NCBI GenBank assembly: GCA_050250895.1
Contig: JBFWNU010000001.1
Span: 936,008 to 1,000,007, forward strand
Source of the DNA: Vulcanimicrobiota bacterium
GTDB lineage: Bacteria; Vulcanimicrobiota; Xenobia; Xenobiales; JADMJV01
Reading direction: 5' to 3'
DNA: 64,000 nucleotides
Shown here piece after piece: positions 18,320-27,410 of this stretch. Within the stretch, counting starts at the first letter, position 1; each line of letters begins with the position of its first letter. The position numbers were made by a program, and so were the translations under genes. Below the pieces are notes generated by a model. That model did no database searches. It had not been told where the DNA came from and worked only from the letters and a program-made list of their open reading frames with translations.

Positions 18320-19267
18320 GTGCGCATCCATTCTTTACCCGGCCGCTTGACGCGGGTGGCGGTCGGCAATATCGGCAAGCCCGTGCTTTCTGGCGACGGT
18401 TCGACCGTGGTCTACAATCAGTTCGAGGATTCTCAGTGGGAGGTCAAACGCTTTCGCGAAGGCCACACCGAGAATCTCAGTAGCGACCCACGCCATGACC
18501 TCGAGCCAGCCGTCTCGGCCGATGGCGAGACGGTAGTTTGGAGTCGCTTCACCACCGAGGATTTCGCCGACCCCAACGGTTGTTGGGACATCTGGCGTTG
18601 GCGAGACGGTCAGGCCGAACCCCTGGCCACCAGTCCCGGGCACGACACCGAGCCGGCCATCTCGGGCGACGGCCAGACCGTGGTTTTCACCCATGACGAC
18701 CCGAAATATCCCACCGGCTTCAATCTGCGGATGTGGCGAGATGGCCAGGTCAGCAACCTGACCGAGGGGCCCGAGGTTGACCGTGAGGCCTTTCTTAATC
18801 ACGACGGCAGCCGCATCTTCTGGACCCGCAAATGGGCGGGCTCCGAGATCTTCATGCAGGACGAGGCCGGCAACCAGAAACCGATAACTCACTCGACCAA
18901 TCCCGAATTCCATCCCGCCGCCAACCGCGACGGAACCCGGCTGATCTGGTCAGAAGAGCCCCGCGGCGACCACGATCTCTATACCTACTCCACCGAGAAC
19001 AACCAGCGCACCGTGGTGGCCGGCGAGCGGCGCGTCATCGAGACCGAAGGAGACCTCTCGGCCGACGGACAGACTCTGGTCTTCACTCGCCAGCGGCCGG
19101 GCCAACCCAGCCATGTGGTGCTGCGCGACCACGGCCAGGAACTCGAGCTGCCCTTTGACTATGCCCGCCTGCCCCAGGTCTCTGACGACGGTCGGGTGCT
19201 GGCCTGGTGGGGCGTCGAGGACAACCAGGCAGTCATCTATCGATGGGAGCGAGACGCTGGCCTTTAG
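18320..19267 (+). CDS. TolB-like/PD40 beta-propeller protein, no signal peptide
   Basis: Repeated P-x-(L/V/I)S-x-DG-x-x-(V/L)(V/I)(F/W/Y) blades; AGGAGG RBS before GTG 18320. Confidence 0.85.
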   Translation: MRIHSLPGRLTRVAVGNIGKPVLSGDGSTVVYNQFEDSQWEVKRFREGHTENLSSDPRHDLEPAVSADGETVVWSRFTTEDFADPNGCWDIWRWRDGQAEPLATSPGHDTEPAISGDGQTVVFTHDDPKYPTGFNLRMWRDGQVSNLTEGPEVDREAFLNHDGSRIFWTRKWAGSEIFMQDEAGNQKPITHSTNPEFHPAANRDGTRLIWSEEPRGDHDLYTYSTENNQRTVVAGERRVIETEGDLSADGQTLVFTRQRPGQPSHVVLRDHGQELELPFDYARLPQVSDDGRVLAWWGVEDNQAVIYRWERDAGL

Positions 19268-20639
19268 CATCGGCTTTCGCAATTGCCCCGAGAGCGACCC
19301 GACACCGCTCCAGGTCGAGGGCAGACTGCCCGATTGGTTGACGGGCACCCTCTTGCGCAACGGGCCAGGTCGCTTCGATCTGGCCCGCCAGAGCTATCGC
19401 CATTGGTTTGACGGCCTGGCCCAATTGCACCGCTTCGAACTGGCGGCCGGTCAGGTCACCTACAGCAGCCGCTATTTGCACAGCCAGGACTATCTCCAAA
19501 GCCAGGTCGACGGCAAAATCGCCTATCCTGCCTTTGCCAGCGACCCCTGCTGGACGCTCTTTCGGCGCCTGAAGGCCCTCTTTTGGCCGGACGTGACCAA
19601 GAACCCCAACGTCAATCTGGGTCGCCTGGACGGGCGCTGGCTGGCTCTCACCGAACTACCCATGCCCATAGAGTTCGACCCCGAGACCCTCGCGACGGTA
19701 GGGGTCTTCAACTTTGCTGACCCAGGGGCTGACGGCCTGACCACCGCCCATCCCCACCAGGACCGCGGCCGGTGGCTCAACTTTGGACTGCGTTTTGGCC
19801 GCCGTACGGCCTACCATTTCTACCATTTCGACGGCTCGGCCAGACGACAGCCCGTGGCCGCCGTGCCCCAGTCTCCGGTGAGTTACGTGCACAGCTTCGG
19901 CCTGACCCCGCGCCATCTGGTCCTGGCCCTCTTTCCTTTCGTGGTCCACCCCCTCAGGCTACTGATGCGGTGCCGTCCCTTTATCGAGAACTTCCGCTGG
20001 CGACCGGAGCGAGGCACTACCTTCTGCCTCATCGACCGCGCCACGGGAGAGGTGCGCCGGGTCGAGGGCCCACCGATTTTTGCCTTTCACCACGTCAACG
20101 CCTACGAAGACCGTGACGAGGTGGTGGTGGATCTGGTGGGCTATCCCGACGCCACGCTGATCGACACTTTGTATCTCGATAGCTTGCGTCGCGAGGCCCC
20201 CGTGCCGGCCGGTCGACTCTATCGATACCGGTTGCCCCCACGCGGTCAGGCCCGGCTGGAGTGGTGCTCGGAGGAGACCATCGAGTTGCCCCGCCTCGAT
20301 TATGCTCGCTGCAACGGACGCCCCTATCGCTACACCTATGGGGTCAGTCTCCGCCCCGACCAGCCAGATCTCTTCAACCAGTTGGTGCGCCTTGATGTCG
20401 AGAATCGCACCAGTAGAATCTGGTTGGAAGACGGCTGCTACCCGGGCGAGCCGGTCTTCGTCGCCCGACCGGGCGGCCAGGGCGAGAACGATGGCGTGGT
20501 GTTGTCGGTTATCCTCGACACCAACCGGCAGCAATCGTTTCTGCTGGTGCTCGACGCCGCCTCGTTTGCCGAACTGGCGCGGGCCCGGGTGCCCGAGGCC
20601 ATCCCCTTCGGTTTTCACGGTGATTTTTTGTCCTTCTGA
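19257..20639 (+). CDS. Carotenoid oxygenase (RPE65/CCD) family dioxygenase; start uncertain
   Basis: GRLPDWLTGTLLRNGPG, HWFDG, four Fe-binding His (TAHPH, VHSF, FHHVNA, FHG), EPVFV. Confidence 0.93.
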   Translation: MAFSIGFRNCPESDPTPLQVEGRLPDWLTGTLLRNGPGRFDLARQSYRHWFDGLAQLHRFELAAGQVTYSSRYLHSQDYLQSQVDGKIAYPAFASDPCWTLFRRLKALFWPDVTKNPNVNLGRLDGRWLALTELPMPIEFDPETLATVGVFNFADPGADGLTTAHPHQDRGRWLNFGLRFGRRTAYHFYHFDGSARRQPVAAVPQSPVSYVHSFGLTPRHLVLALFPFVVHPLRLLMRCRPFIENFRWRPERGTTFCLIDRATGEVRRVEGPPIFAFHHVNAYEDRDEVVVDLVGYPDATLIDTLYLDSLRREAPVPAGRLYRYRLPPRGQARLEWCSEETIELPRLDYARCNGRPYRYTYGVSLRPDQPDLFNQLVRLDVENRTSRIWLEDGCYPGEPVFVARPGGQGENDGVVLSVILDTNRQQSFLLVLDAASFAELARARVPEAIPFGFHGDFLSF

Positions 20640-20704
20640 GGACGGTCGTTTTGTGTGCTGTTTCACATCTCTGGTGGCAAGCCAACAGCTACACTGAGAC
20701 TACC

Positions 20705-21583
20705 ATGTCGCAGAAGCAGAAACGCCGTCCCCATCACGATCTCTTTCGGACCCGCCTGCTCGAGCTCGGAGAGCGCTACCAGGACGAAACCTTCCTCGAG
20801 CGCCAGCTCGACCGCTCCGAACGCTTTCTGCGCCAGAGCCAGTGGAAACTGCTCTCTTCGCGGATGCAAGACCTGCAGCGCGTGATGGAAGAAGCCCCCC
20901 AACATCTCCGCCTGCTCCAGCACGAGGATCGTTCCATCGCCCACAAGAGTTCGGCCCTTGAAAACGAAGAACAGATCCTGATGTGGCGGACCTACGGCCT
21001 CACCAACGAAGTGGCCCAGCTCGAATGGTCGCAGCGGACCGCCCGCCGGGAATGCACCGAGGTCGAAGCCGAAATCGCCGAACTCGGCGCCCGACTCTAC
21101 CAACTCGACCATCGCCGAGCCGAGATCCTGGCCGAACTAGAAAAGGTCGAGAACCGCCTCCGCCAACGGCGGCGCCAGGCCGAAACCGAAAGAGAGCGCG
21201 AAGGCTGGCCTACCAGCTGGACCCAATCCGAGCTGGCCCAACTCGAGCGAGCCATGCTAGAGATGCGCGATGAACTCGATTGGCGTCTTCCCGGAGTCAT
21301 CCGCGACCTGGAGTGGCGCCTGAAGACCCTGCGGGCCCGGCGTGAAGAGCTGACCTATCAAGAACTGCCGGAGCTAAGCCAGAGACTATTGGCGCGCGAA
21401 AACGAACGTCTCCTGATCGAGGGGCGAACCCGTGAGATTCAGCGAGCCCGCCAAAACCTCGAGGTCCGCAAAGCCTCCCTGCTGGCCAGTCGAGCTCGCG
21501 AGACCGAGCGTCTCGAACAAGCTCAGCAAGAGTGGTGGACGCGCGAGCAAGAGCGCATCGATAAAGGGTTTCAACCCGCCTAA
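20705..21583 (+). CDS. Hypothetical long coiled-coil protein
   Basis: E/R/Q/L-rich heptad pattern; TACACT -10-like element at 20690. Confidence 0.75.
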   Translation: MSQKQKRRPHHDLFRTRLLELGERYQDETFLERQLDRSERFLRQSQWKLLSSRMQDLQRVMEEAPQHLRLLQHEDRSIAHKSSALENEEQILMWRTYGLTNEVAQLEWSQRTARRECTEVEAEIAELGARLYQLDHRRAEILAELEKVENRLRQRRRQAETEREREGWPTSWTQSELAQLERAMLEMRDELDWRLPGVIRDLEWRLKTLRARREELTYQELPELSQRLLARENERLLIEGRTREIQRARQNLEVRKASLLASRARETERLEQAQQEWWTREQERIDKGFQPA

Positions 21584-22035
21584 TCGGCGACGATGTGGCG
21601 CCGGTCGAGCATCTTGCGCACGCGCTGCCCCTCGACCACGGTCGCCTCGAGTTTGCCCAGGTGCCCGCGGGCGTGCTTAGAGAGGTTGGCATGGCCCAGA
21701 AAATTCTCGTGCAACGAAAAGCCACAGTCCTGGCACGAAAGAAACTCGTCGGAAAAGTTCGAAGCACCGGGCCGACCACGAAAATCTCCCAGGCAAACCG
21801 GACAGCAACCGTCTTGAGCCAACTTTTGCTCTCGCTCCGCCGATAGCTTGACCGGCCGATACTCCGCGGCCGCCCGCGTCGGCAGGGCCGGGGGATTCAG
21901 AAAACGCTCTACCGAGCCGGCCTCGACTCTCCAGGCGCCCCGGCTCTTGCGACCCTGCAAATGGCCCGCCGCCAGCAGAGCGCGCACGGCGCGAGGAGGA
22001 ATCCTGAGGGCTTCGGCTGCTTTGCGAACGGTCAT
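21580..22035 (-). CDS. Excisionase-type HTH protein with C-terminal Cys4 zinc ribbon
   Basis: MTVRKAAEALRI...LQGRKSRGAWRV (HTH_17-like); CPVC...CQDC. Confidence 0.7.
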   Translation of the reverse strand: MTVRKAAEALRIPPRAVRALLAAGHLQGRKSRGAWRVEAGSVERFLNPPALPTRAAAEYRPVKLSAEREQKLAQDGCCPVCLGDFRGRPGASNFSDEFLSCQDCGFSLHENFLGHANLSKHARGHLGKLEATVVEGQRVRKMLDRRHIVAD

Positions 22036-22112
22036 CGAGCAGCCTTTCACGCCCGAGCGCCAGACCCCTTTGCGGCAGGTCGGCTCGTCCCCGAGCCGAA
22101 AGACGCGCCTCC

Positions 22113-22895
22113 ATGGATGTCCTGGAAAAGGCTCGCCCGATCGCCCTCGAAGCCGGCGCCCTCCTACTTGAAGGTCTGGGCCAGGCCCACCATCATGATC
22201 GCAAATCCTCGAGTGTGGATCTGGTTACCGAGTATGACCGCCGGGCTGAAGAGCTGATCGCCAAAAGGCTGGCTCAATCCTTTCCCGAGCACGGCCTGGT
22301 GGGCGAAGAAGGCAGCAGTCGCCAGGGCAGCGACGGATTTCGCTGGTATGTCGACCCTCTGGACGGAACCAACAACTTTGCCCACGGCCTGCCTCACTTC
22401 GCCGTCTCGATGGCACTTTATCAACACGATCTACCCCAGGTGGCGCTCACCTACGATCCGGTCAAACAGGAACTCTTCGAGGCGGTGGCCGGAGAAGGCT
22501 TTTTCCTCAACCGAAGACCGGGCCGGGTCAGCCAGCGCGAGGAACTGGTCGAATCGATGCTGGCCACCGGCTTTCCCTACGACCGCCACACCGATCCTCA
22601 CAACAACGTGGCCCAGCTCGAGGCTTTCCTCACGCGCTGCCGGGGCATCCGCCGGTTCGGCTCGGCCAGCCTCGACCTGGCCTATGTGGCGGCCGGCCGC
22701 TACGACGGCTTTTGGGAATATAAATTGGGACCGTGGGATGTGGCGGCCGGCATCCTGCTGGTGCGCGAAGCGGGCGGCAAGGTCACGGCTACCGACGGCA
22801 AGCCGATAAGCCTGACCTCCAAGGTGGCCCTGGTCGCCAGTAACGGCAAGATCCATGACGCCATGGTCGAAGTCCTCTCTCTGGCCCAGCGTTAA
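22113..22895 (+). CDS. suhB: Inositol monophosphatase family protein
   Basis: DLVTEYD, GEE, WYVDPLDGTNNF, GSASLDLAYVAAG, WDVAAG. Confidence 0.93.
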   Translation: MDVLEKARPIALEAGALLLEGLGQAHHHDRKSSSVDLVTEYDRRAEELIAKRLAQSFPEHGLVGEEGSSRQGSDGFRWYVDPLDGTNNFAHGLPHFAVSMALYQHDLPQVALTYDPVKQELFEAVAGEGFFLNRRPGRVSQREELVESMLATGFPYDRHTDPHNNVAQLEAFLTRCRGIRRFGSASLDLAYVAAGRYDGFWEYKLGPWDVAAGILLVREAGGKVTATDGKPISLTSKVALVASNGKIHDAMVEVLSLAQR

Positions 22896-22996
22896 CCTCG
22901 ACGTAACATCTGCAACAACAACGCCACAAACTCCCGTTCGAGTTTACAAATCCGCAACACGTCGCTGACCAGATCGATATCTTACGGTGCTATAAT
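22893..22996 (+). promoter_or_regulatory. Promoter with multiple 11-bp-spaced boxes and consensus extended -10
   Basis: TAAC at 22893 and 22904; TTTAC 22943, GCAAC 22954, CTGAC 22965; TGcTATAAT with TATAAT at 22991. Confidence 0.65.
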
Positions 22997-23028
22997 CAGG
23001 TCAATAGTCCAACCGAACGGGGAGAGCC

Positions 23029-25887
23029 ATGAGCAAGACGATTCAAGGCGCCGGCGCAGCCGGTCTTCAGGGTGGTGTAGGCGGCGGAGACGAACTCAAT
23101 CCCGATGCCATCGATGCCGAATTCGACCAGGCCATCAACAAGGTCGCGGGCGCCCCCAAGAAGGCTCAGAAGAAGATCCCCCCCGAGACGGTACCTAACC
23201 TCCAGGCGAACAAGGCCGACGTGCGGGCTCAAAACGAGCAGGCTGAGCAATCCCAGGCCGACGCGAAGGCCACGGCCGGCGACCTGGGCGTCGATGGGGT
23301 CGCCTCGGACGCGGGTGAGGCCTTCGCCCAGAAGAACTTCGGCGCGGACCTCCAGGCCGGACAGAACGCCGGTATGGACGGCGGCATCAGCCCCATGATG
23401 GGCGCCCAGCTCAACAAGACCCGAGACATGTTCGGTGACGATTTCGGTTCAGACTTTCAACCGCGCCAGGCCGGTGCCGATTTAGGCAGCGGCAGCGGCT
23501 TTACCAACTCCAACGACCTGGGTGAACTCAGCCAGCAACTCAACAAATCGACCCGCTCGGGCGGGTTGCTCCAGCAAGACTTCGGCGAGGTCGGCGGCGC
23601 CCTGGGCAAGGCCCTCCAAAAAAACGACGTGTTGGGGCGCAAAGTCGAAGGCCTCGGGAAAGTCAAAGACGCTTTCGGAGCCAAGGAAAAGGCCCACGGC
23701 CTGAGCGAGAAGGCTTTTCACGGCGCTGGCGACGGCCTCGAGAAAGCCGCCCAGGGCCTGGGCACGGCCGCTCAAGTGCTGCACAGCGTGGCCGGCATGC
23801 TCGAAGGCGTGGCCAGCGCGGTCGAGGCCATTCCCTTTGTGGGACCAGCCCTGGCCGCCTCGTTGCGAGCCGCTTCGAAAGCCACCGACATGGTCGGGAC
23901 CGGGCTTGACATTGCCGCCGAAGCCTGCGCCAAGTCGGGCGAGAAGATGCACAACAACGGCAAGAAGGAGGGGCAAAAGAAGAACGTCAACAAGGCCAAG
24001 AAGCTGCAGACTCAGGCCAAAGAGCAAAAGGCCAAGGAAAAGCTCGACCGCAACAAGGAGAAAGTCGACAATCTGGGCGAGCAGAAGAACCAGATGGCCG
24101 AAAAGCTCGACCAGAATCAAGAGCAGCAAAAGGGCATCGCCAACCGCATGAAAGAACTCGGCCAGGAGGTCGAGGTGGGCGACGGCGGTCGCAACGATCG
24201 CGACAAAGAGAACCTCGACGCCAAGAAGCTCAAGAACAAGGCCAAGCTTGACGCCAAAAAGGCCGAGCATAAGAACCAGGGACCCGAGCAATCCAAGGAG
24301 ACCAAGCAAGAGGCCCAGGACGCGCGCCAGGCCGAGCAAAAGGCCGAATCCCACGCCAAAGAGATTTCCAACAAGACCGGCCAGGCCAAAGAGCAAGCCA
24401 AAGAGGCTTCGCAGTCGGCCAAGCAGGCAGCCACCAGCGCTCAGTCGGCGGCCGCTTCGGCTCCCAAGCCCACCCGCGAAGCGGCCCCCGCCCCGGCGGC
24501 GGCTCCCTCCATCTCGGCTGCTCCGGCCGCCGACTCTGGTGGCGGTGGCGGCAGCGGTGGCGGACGGGGTGCCGGTGGTGGCGGCAAAGCCGCAGCCGTG
24601 GGCGGTGCTGGTGGCGGCGCCAAGGCGGCCCCGGCCGCTCCCAAGGCCGCTCCTGCTCCTCAGGCTTCGTCGCCGGCTCCCAAGGCCTCGGCCCCTGCCC
24701 CCAAAGCTTCCGCTCCGGCTCCGAAAGCCGCGGCTCCGGCCCCCAAAGCGTCGGCCCCGGCTCCAAAAGCCGCGGCCCCCAAAACCGAGAACAAAGCCCC
24801 TAAGGTCGATACCAAAGCCAGCACCGAGTCCAAGGCTCCCAAGGTAGAGACGAAGGCCCCGCCCAAGACCGAGACCAAGCAAGAAGCTCCCAAGCCTCAG
24901 GCCGAAAAGGTCAGTCCCAAGCACGAGACCGGCGACAAGGGCGAGCAGAAAACCGAGAAAAACGAAAAGGGCGACAAAGCCGCCCAAGAAACCAAGAAGC
25001 CCCACGAGAAGAAGAAAGGCCACTCTCAGGCCGAGAAGAAGAAAGACGAGAAAGAGCCAGAAGTCGGCAACCTCGATGCGGCCACCGGCGCCAAGCATGC
25101 CGAAGGCGACCACAAGAAAGACGGCAAGGACGTCAAGGAGATCAAAGAGCTCGACGGCAAGAAGGACAAGAAAGCCGACAAGCATCACGATCGCGACAAA
25201 GACAAACAAAAAGCCGAAGACAAGAAGAAGGCTCAAGAGCAGAAGAAAGCTCGCCGGGCCAACGCCAAACGCAAGAATAAGCTCAAGAACAAGCTCAAGA
25301 ACGACGACAACAAAGAGAACCGCGACGGCGGGCTCAAGAAGGGCCGCGACAAGCGTGAAGAGTTCGAAGCCGAACTCAAGCGCCTCAGTGATCGGGTCAA
25401 AGGCTCCAAGGATAAACAGGGCAAAGGCGAGCAGATTCAAAAGCGCGCCGACCAGCGCAACCTGGGCATGCTTTATCGCCAGGTGGCCAACGAAGGGGTG
25501 CCCATCGACCGCGATGTAGACAGCAAAGTCAAAGAAGCGATGCAAGACGCCCCCGACCGCCCCAGCGTCCAGGCCAAACTGGCCCAGGGCAAATCCGACC
25601 TCGACGGCCAGGGTGCCGATACCGGGGAAGGGCGCCGCGATAACATGCGAGAAGATCGCAAGGACGCGCTCAAGAAGAAGAACCAGGCCCGACCGCTGGG
25701 AGCCGAGCAAAGCCGGGAGCAACAGCAGCAACAGCAGCAGGCTGAGCAACAGGCCGAGCAACCGCAGCAGAACGACAATGACCAGAAGGTTGCCGAAGTC
25801 GGCAACATCGAGCCGGTCGAGACCAACCTCGGCGGCCAGGATATGGTACCCAATGTCGGCGAAACGGAGCACGTAGACATCAAGTAG
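23029..25887 (+). CDS. 952-aa low-complexity protein: hydrophobic hairpin, coiled coil, PKA repeats, Lys-rich tail
   Basis: GGAG RBS; strongly biased codons; hydrophobic stretch VLHSVAGMLEGVASAVEAIPFVGPALAASL; the opposite-strand ORF is a shadow. Confidence 0.85.
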   Translation: MSKTIQGAGAAGLQGGVGGGDELNPDAIDAEFDQAINKVAGAPKKAQKKIPPETVPNLQANKADVRAQNEQAEQSQADAKATAGDLGVDGVASDAGEAFAQKNFGADLQAGQNAGMDGGISPMMGAQLNKTRDMFGDDFGSDFQPRQAGADLGSGSGFTNSNDLGELSQQLNKSTRSGGLLQQDFGEVGGALGKALQKNDVLGRKVEGLGKVKDAFGAKEKAHGLSEKAFHGAGDGLEKAAQGLGTAAQVLHSVAGMLEGVASAVEAIPFVGPALAASLRAASKATDMVGTGLDIAAEACAKSGEKMHNNGKKEGQKKNVNKAKKLQTQAKEQKAKEKLDRNKEKVDNLGEQKNQMAEKLDQNQEQQKGIANRMKELGQEVEVGDGGRNDRDKENLDAKKLKNKAKLDAKKAEHKNQGPEQSKETKQEAQDARQAEQKAESHAKEISNKTGQAKEQAKEASQSAKQAATSAQSAAASAPKPTREAAPAPAAAPSISAAPAADSGGGGGSGGGRGAGGGGKAAAVGGAGGGAKAAPAAPKAAPAPQASSPAPKASAPAPKASAPAPKAAAPAPKASAPAPKAAAPKTENKAPKVDTKASTESKAPKVETKAPPKTETKQEAPKPQAEKVSPKHETGDKGEQKTEKNEKGDKAAQETKKPHEKKKGHSQAEKKKDEKEPEVGNLDAATGAKHAEGDHKKDGKDVKEIKELDGKKDKKADKHHDRDKDKQKAEDKKKAQEQKKARRANAKRKNKLKNKLKNDDNKENRDGGLKKGRDKREEFEAELKRLSDRVKGSKDKQGKGEQIQKRADQRNLGMLYRQVANEGVPIDRDVDSKVKEAMQDAPDRPSVQAKLAQGKSDLDGQGADTGEGRRDNMREDRKDALKKKNQARPLGAEQSREQQQQQQQAEQQAEQPQQNDNDQKVAEVGNIEPVETNLGGQDMVPNVGETEHVDIK
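24620..24785 (+). repeat. Coding tandem repeat, about 21-bp unit encoding (A)PKA(S/A)AP
   Basis: APKASAP APKASAP APKAAAP APKASAP APKAAAP with synonymous variation. Confidence 0.85.
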
Positions 25888-25891
25888 GAGG

Positions 25892-26602
25892 TTGGCGCCA
25901 TTGGATTGTCCCTTTTGTGAACAGCGGCTGGGCGACGTCAGTTCAGGAAAGTGCAATCACTGCGGGCAAGACCTGGCTCCTCCGCCCCCTCACGTCTATG
26001 GTGAACCGGCCAGGGCGATCGTCGACGCCCTGGCCCAGGTCAGGGGTCGACAGATGCCCATGGACCAGTTGCCCCGGCTGTTTTCGCATCTGATGGGTTC
26101 AGTGCAGCAGGTCCTGGATCAGGCCTCTGAAGATCTCAGCGAGAACTTCTCGCGCATTCAGGCGGCCGTCGATGAAATGCCGGCCGACAACCGTCTCGAA
26201 ATCTCGGACTTCATCGAGGATTTTCGCGACATCCAGGACGAGATCAACGACACCCTGCTCAACATGGGTGACATCTTCGACGAAAACCAGACCCTCGACG
26301 AGTTTCGCCAGCGCGAAGTGCTGCTCAACGGCTATCTGTTGACGCTGCAAAGCTCGGTCGATGCCCTGGGTGCGCTCAAGCAAGAGACCAGTATCTCGGC
26401 CCTGCAAGAGTTGCCTAACGACCCTCTGCCAGCCGATGTCGAGAAGGCCCTCGACTTCTTCGACAAGGCCATGGGCGCGCTGGTGCGTTACATCGAAGGC
26501 GACCGGGACCTGGCTGAAGTCTCGGCCTGCCTGCGCCACACCGAGGCCGCCAAGACGCATCTGGCCCGCTTGTTGCTGGTGGATAGCATGAGGGGAACTT
26601 GA
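25892..26602 (+). CDS. Hypothetical protein: N-terminal zinc ribbon plus acidic helical bundle
   Basis: CPFC...CNHCG; starts directly after the 952-aa gene. Confidence 0.75.
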   Translation: MAPLDCPFCEQRLGDVSSGKCNHCGQDLAPPPPHVYGEPARAIVDALAQVRGRQMPMDQLPRLFSHLMGSVQQVLDQASEDLSENFSRIQAAVDEMPADNRLEISDFIEDFRDIQDEINDTLLNMGDIFDENQTLDEFRQREVLLNGYLLTLQSSVDALGALKQETSISALQELPNDPLPADVEKALDFFDKAMGALVRYIEGDRDLAEVSACLRHTEAAKTHLARLLLVDSMRGT

Positions 26603-27408
26603 CGGCCAAGGCATCGCGGTTGGGTATGCGCCATACCCCCGACCTGGTCGAATTGGAGAACGCCTACCCGCCGGCCATGCGCCAGGGAGAGAAGGTGCTG
26701 CGCTCCAAGCTGAGGACGCTCGAATCCTATCGCTTACAGCTTTCCTTCATCCTTCACGACGAGGGCCGCTGCGTGGGCTACCTGGTGGCCTATCCCCAGC
26801 GCAGCTTGCTGGATGTCGAGAAGCCTGACCGCATCGTCTACATCGACGATATCCAGGTGGTGCAAGGCCATGAAGCCGGACTCTACCGCCTGCTCAAGTT
26901 GCTCTCGCAAGAGTTAGCCCGATTCAAGATGAGTCACTGGCCCATCGAGGGAGTCTGCCGACGACGCTCGTTTCGCGTGTTTCAAGACCACCAGAGCCTC
27001 ATTCGCCGCCTCGGCTGGGAACTGGCGGGCCACTACGCCTATTGGGACGATCAAGCCGGCGAAGAGATGTGCTGGATGCGCTGGTGGCCGCTCGCCGTCG
27101 GGGTGGAGCGACCGCCCGAGCGCGATCGCATCGACCTCTCGGGTGAACAGGACTATGACGACGATCCGCTGCCAGAACTGGTTAGCCTCGAGCCCGCCCC
27201 CCGGCCGGCCGGGGCAGATGAGCCACTGCCGGAACTGGTTCATCTCGGGCCCCTCCACGAAGAGAAGATGCCGGCGCTCACCTATCTATTGTTGGGCGAC
27301 CCTGACAGCGAACTGGTGCCGGCTCCCGAGAATCCCCCGGTGCGCCACCGACTGGAGATGCCGGGGGTCCGCTCCTTTTTCGGCAATCCCCGAATCCGAC
27401 CGAGCTAA
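26599..27408 (+). CDS. Hypothetical protein with GNAT-like fold and Pro-rich tail
   Basis: EGRCVGYLVAY, VYIDDIQVV..; duplicated PLPELV motif; overlaps upstream stop. Confidence 0.6.
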   Translation: MTAKASRLGMRHTPDLVELENAYPPAMRQGEKVLRSKLRTLESYRLQLSFILHDEGRCVGYLVAYPQRSLLDVEKPDRIVYIDDIQVVQGHEAGLYRLLKLLSQELARFKMSHWPIEGVCRRRSFRVFQDHQSLIRRLGWELAGHYAYWDDQAGEEMCWMRWWPLAVGVERPPERDRIDLSGEQDYDDDPLPELVSLEPAPRPAGADEPLPELVHLGPLHEEKMPALTYLLLGDPDSELVPAPENPPVRHRLEMPGVRSFFGNPRIRPS

Positions 27409-27410
27409 GG

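Noticed and set aside
20662-20695. TTCAC...TACACT upstream of the coiled-coil gene as a regulon member
   Set aside because: The offset is 28 nt rather than 26 and there is no second box at 11-bp spacing
23482-25956. 824-aa minus-strand ORF and other long antisense ORFs (e.g. 50817-52664, 52695-54059)
   Set aside because: Shadows of GC-biased sense genes; no recognisable motifs
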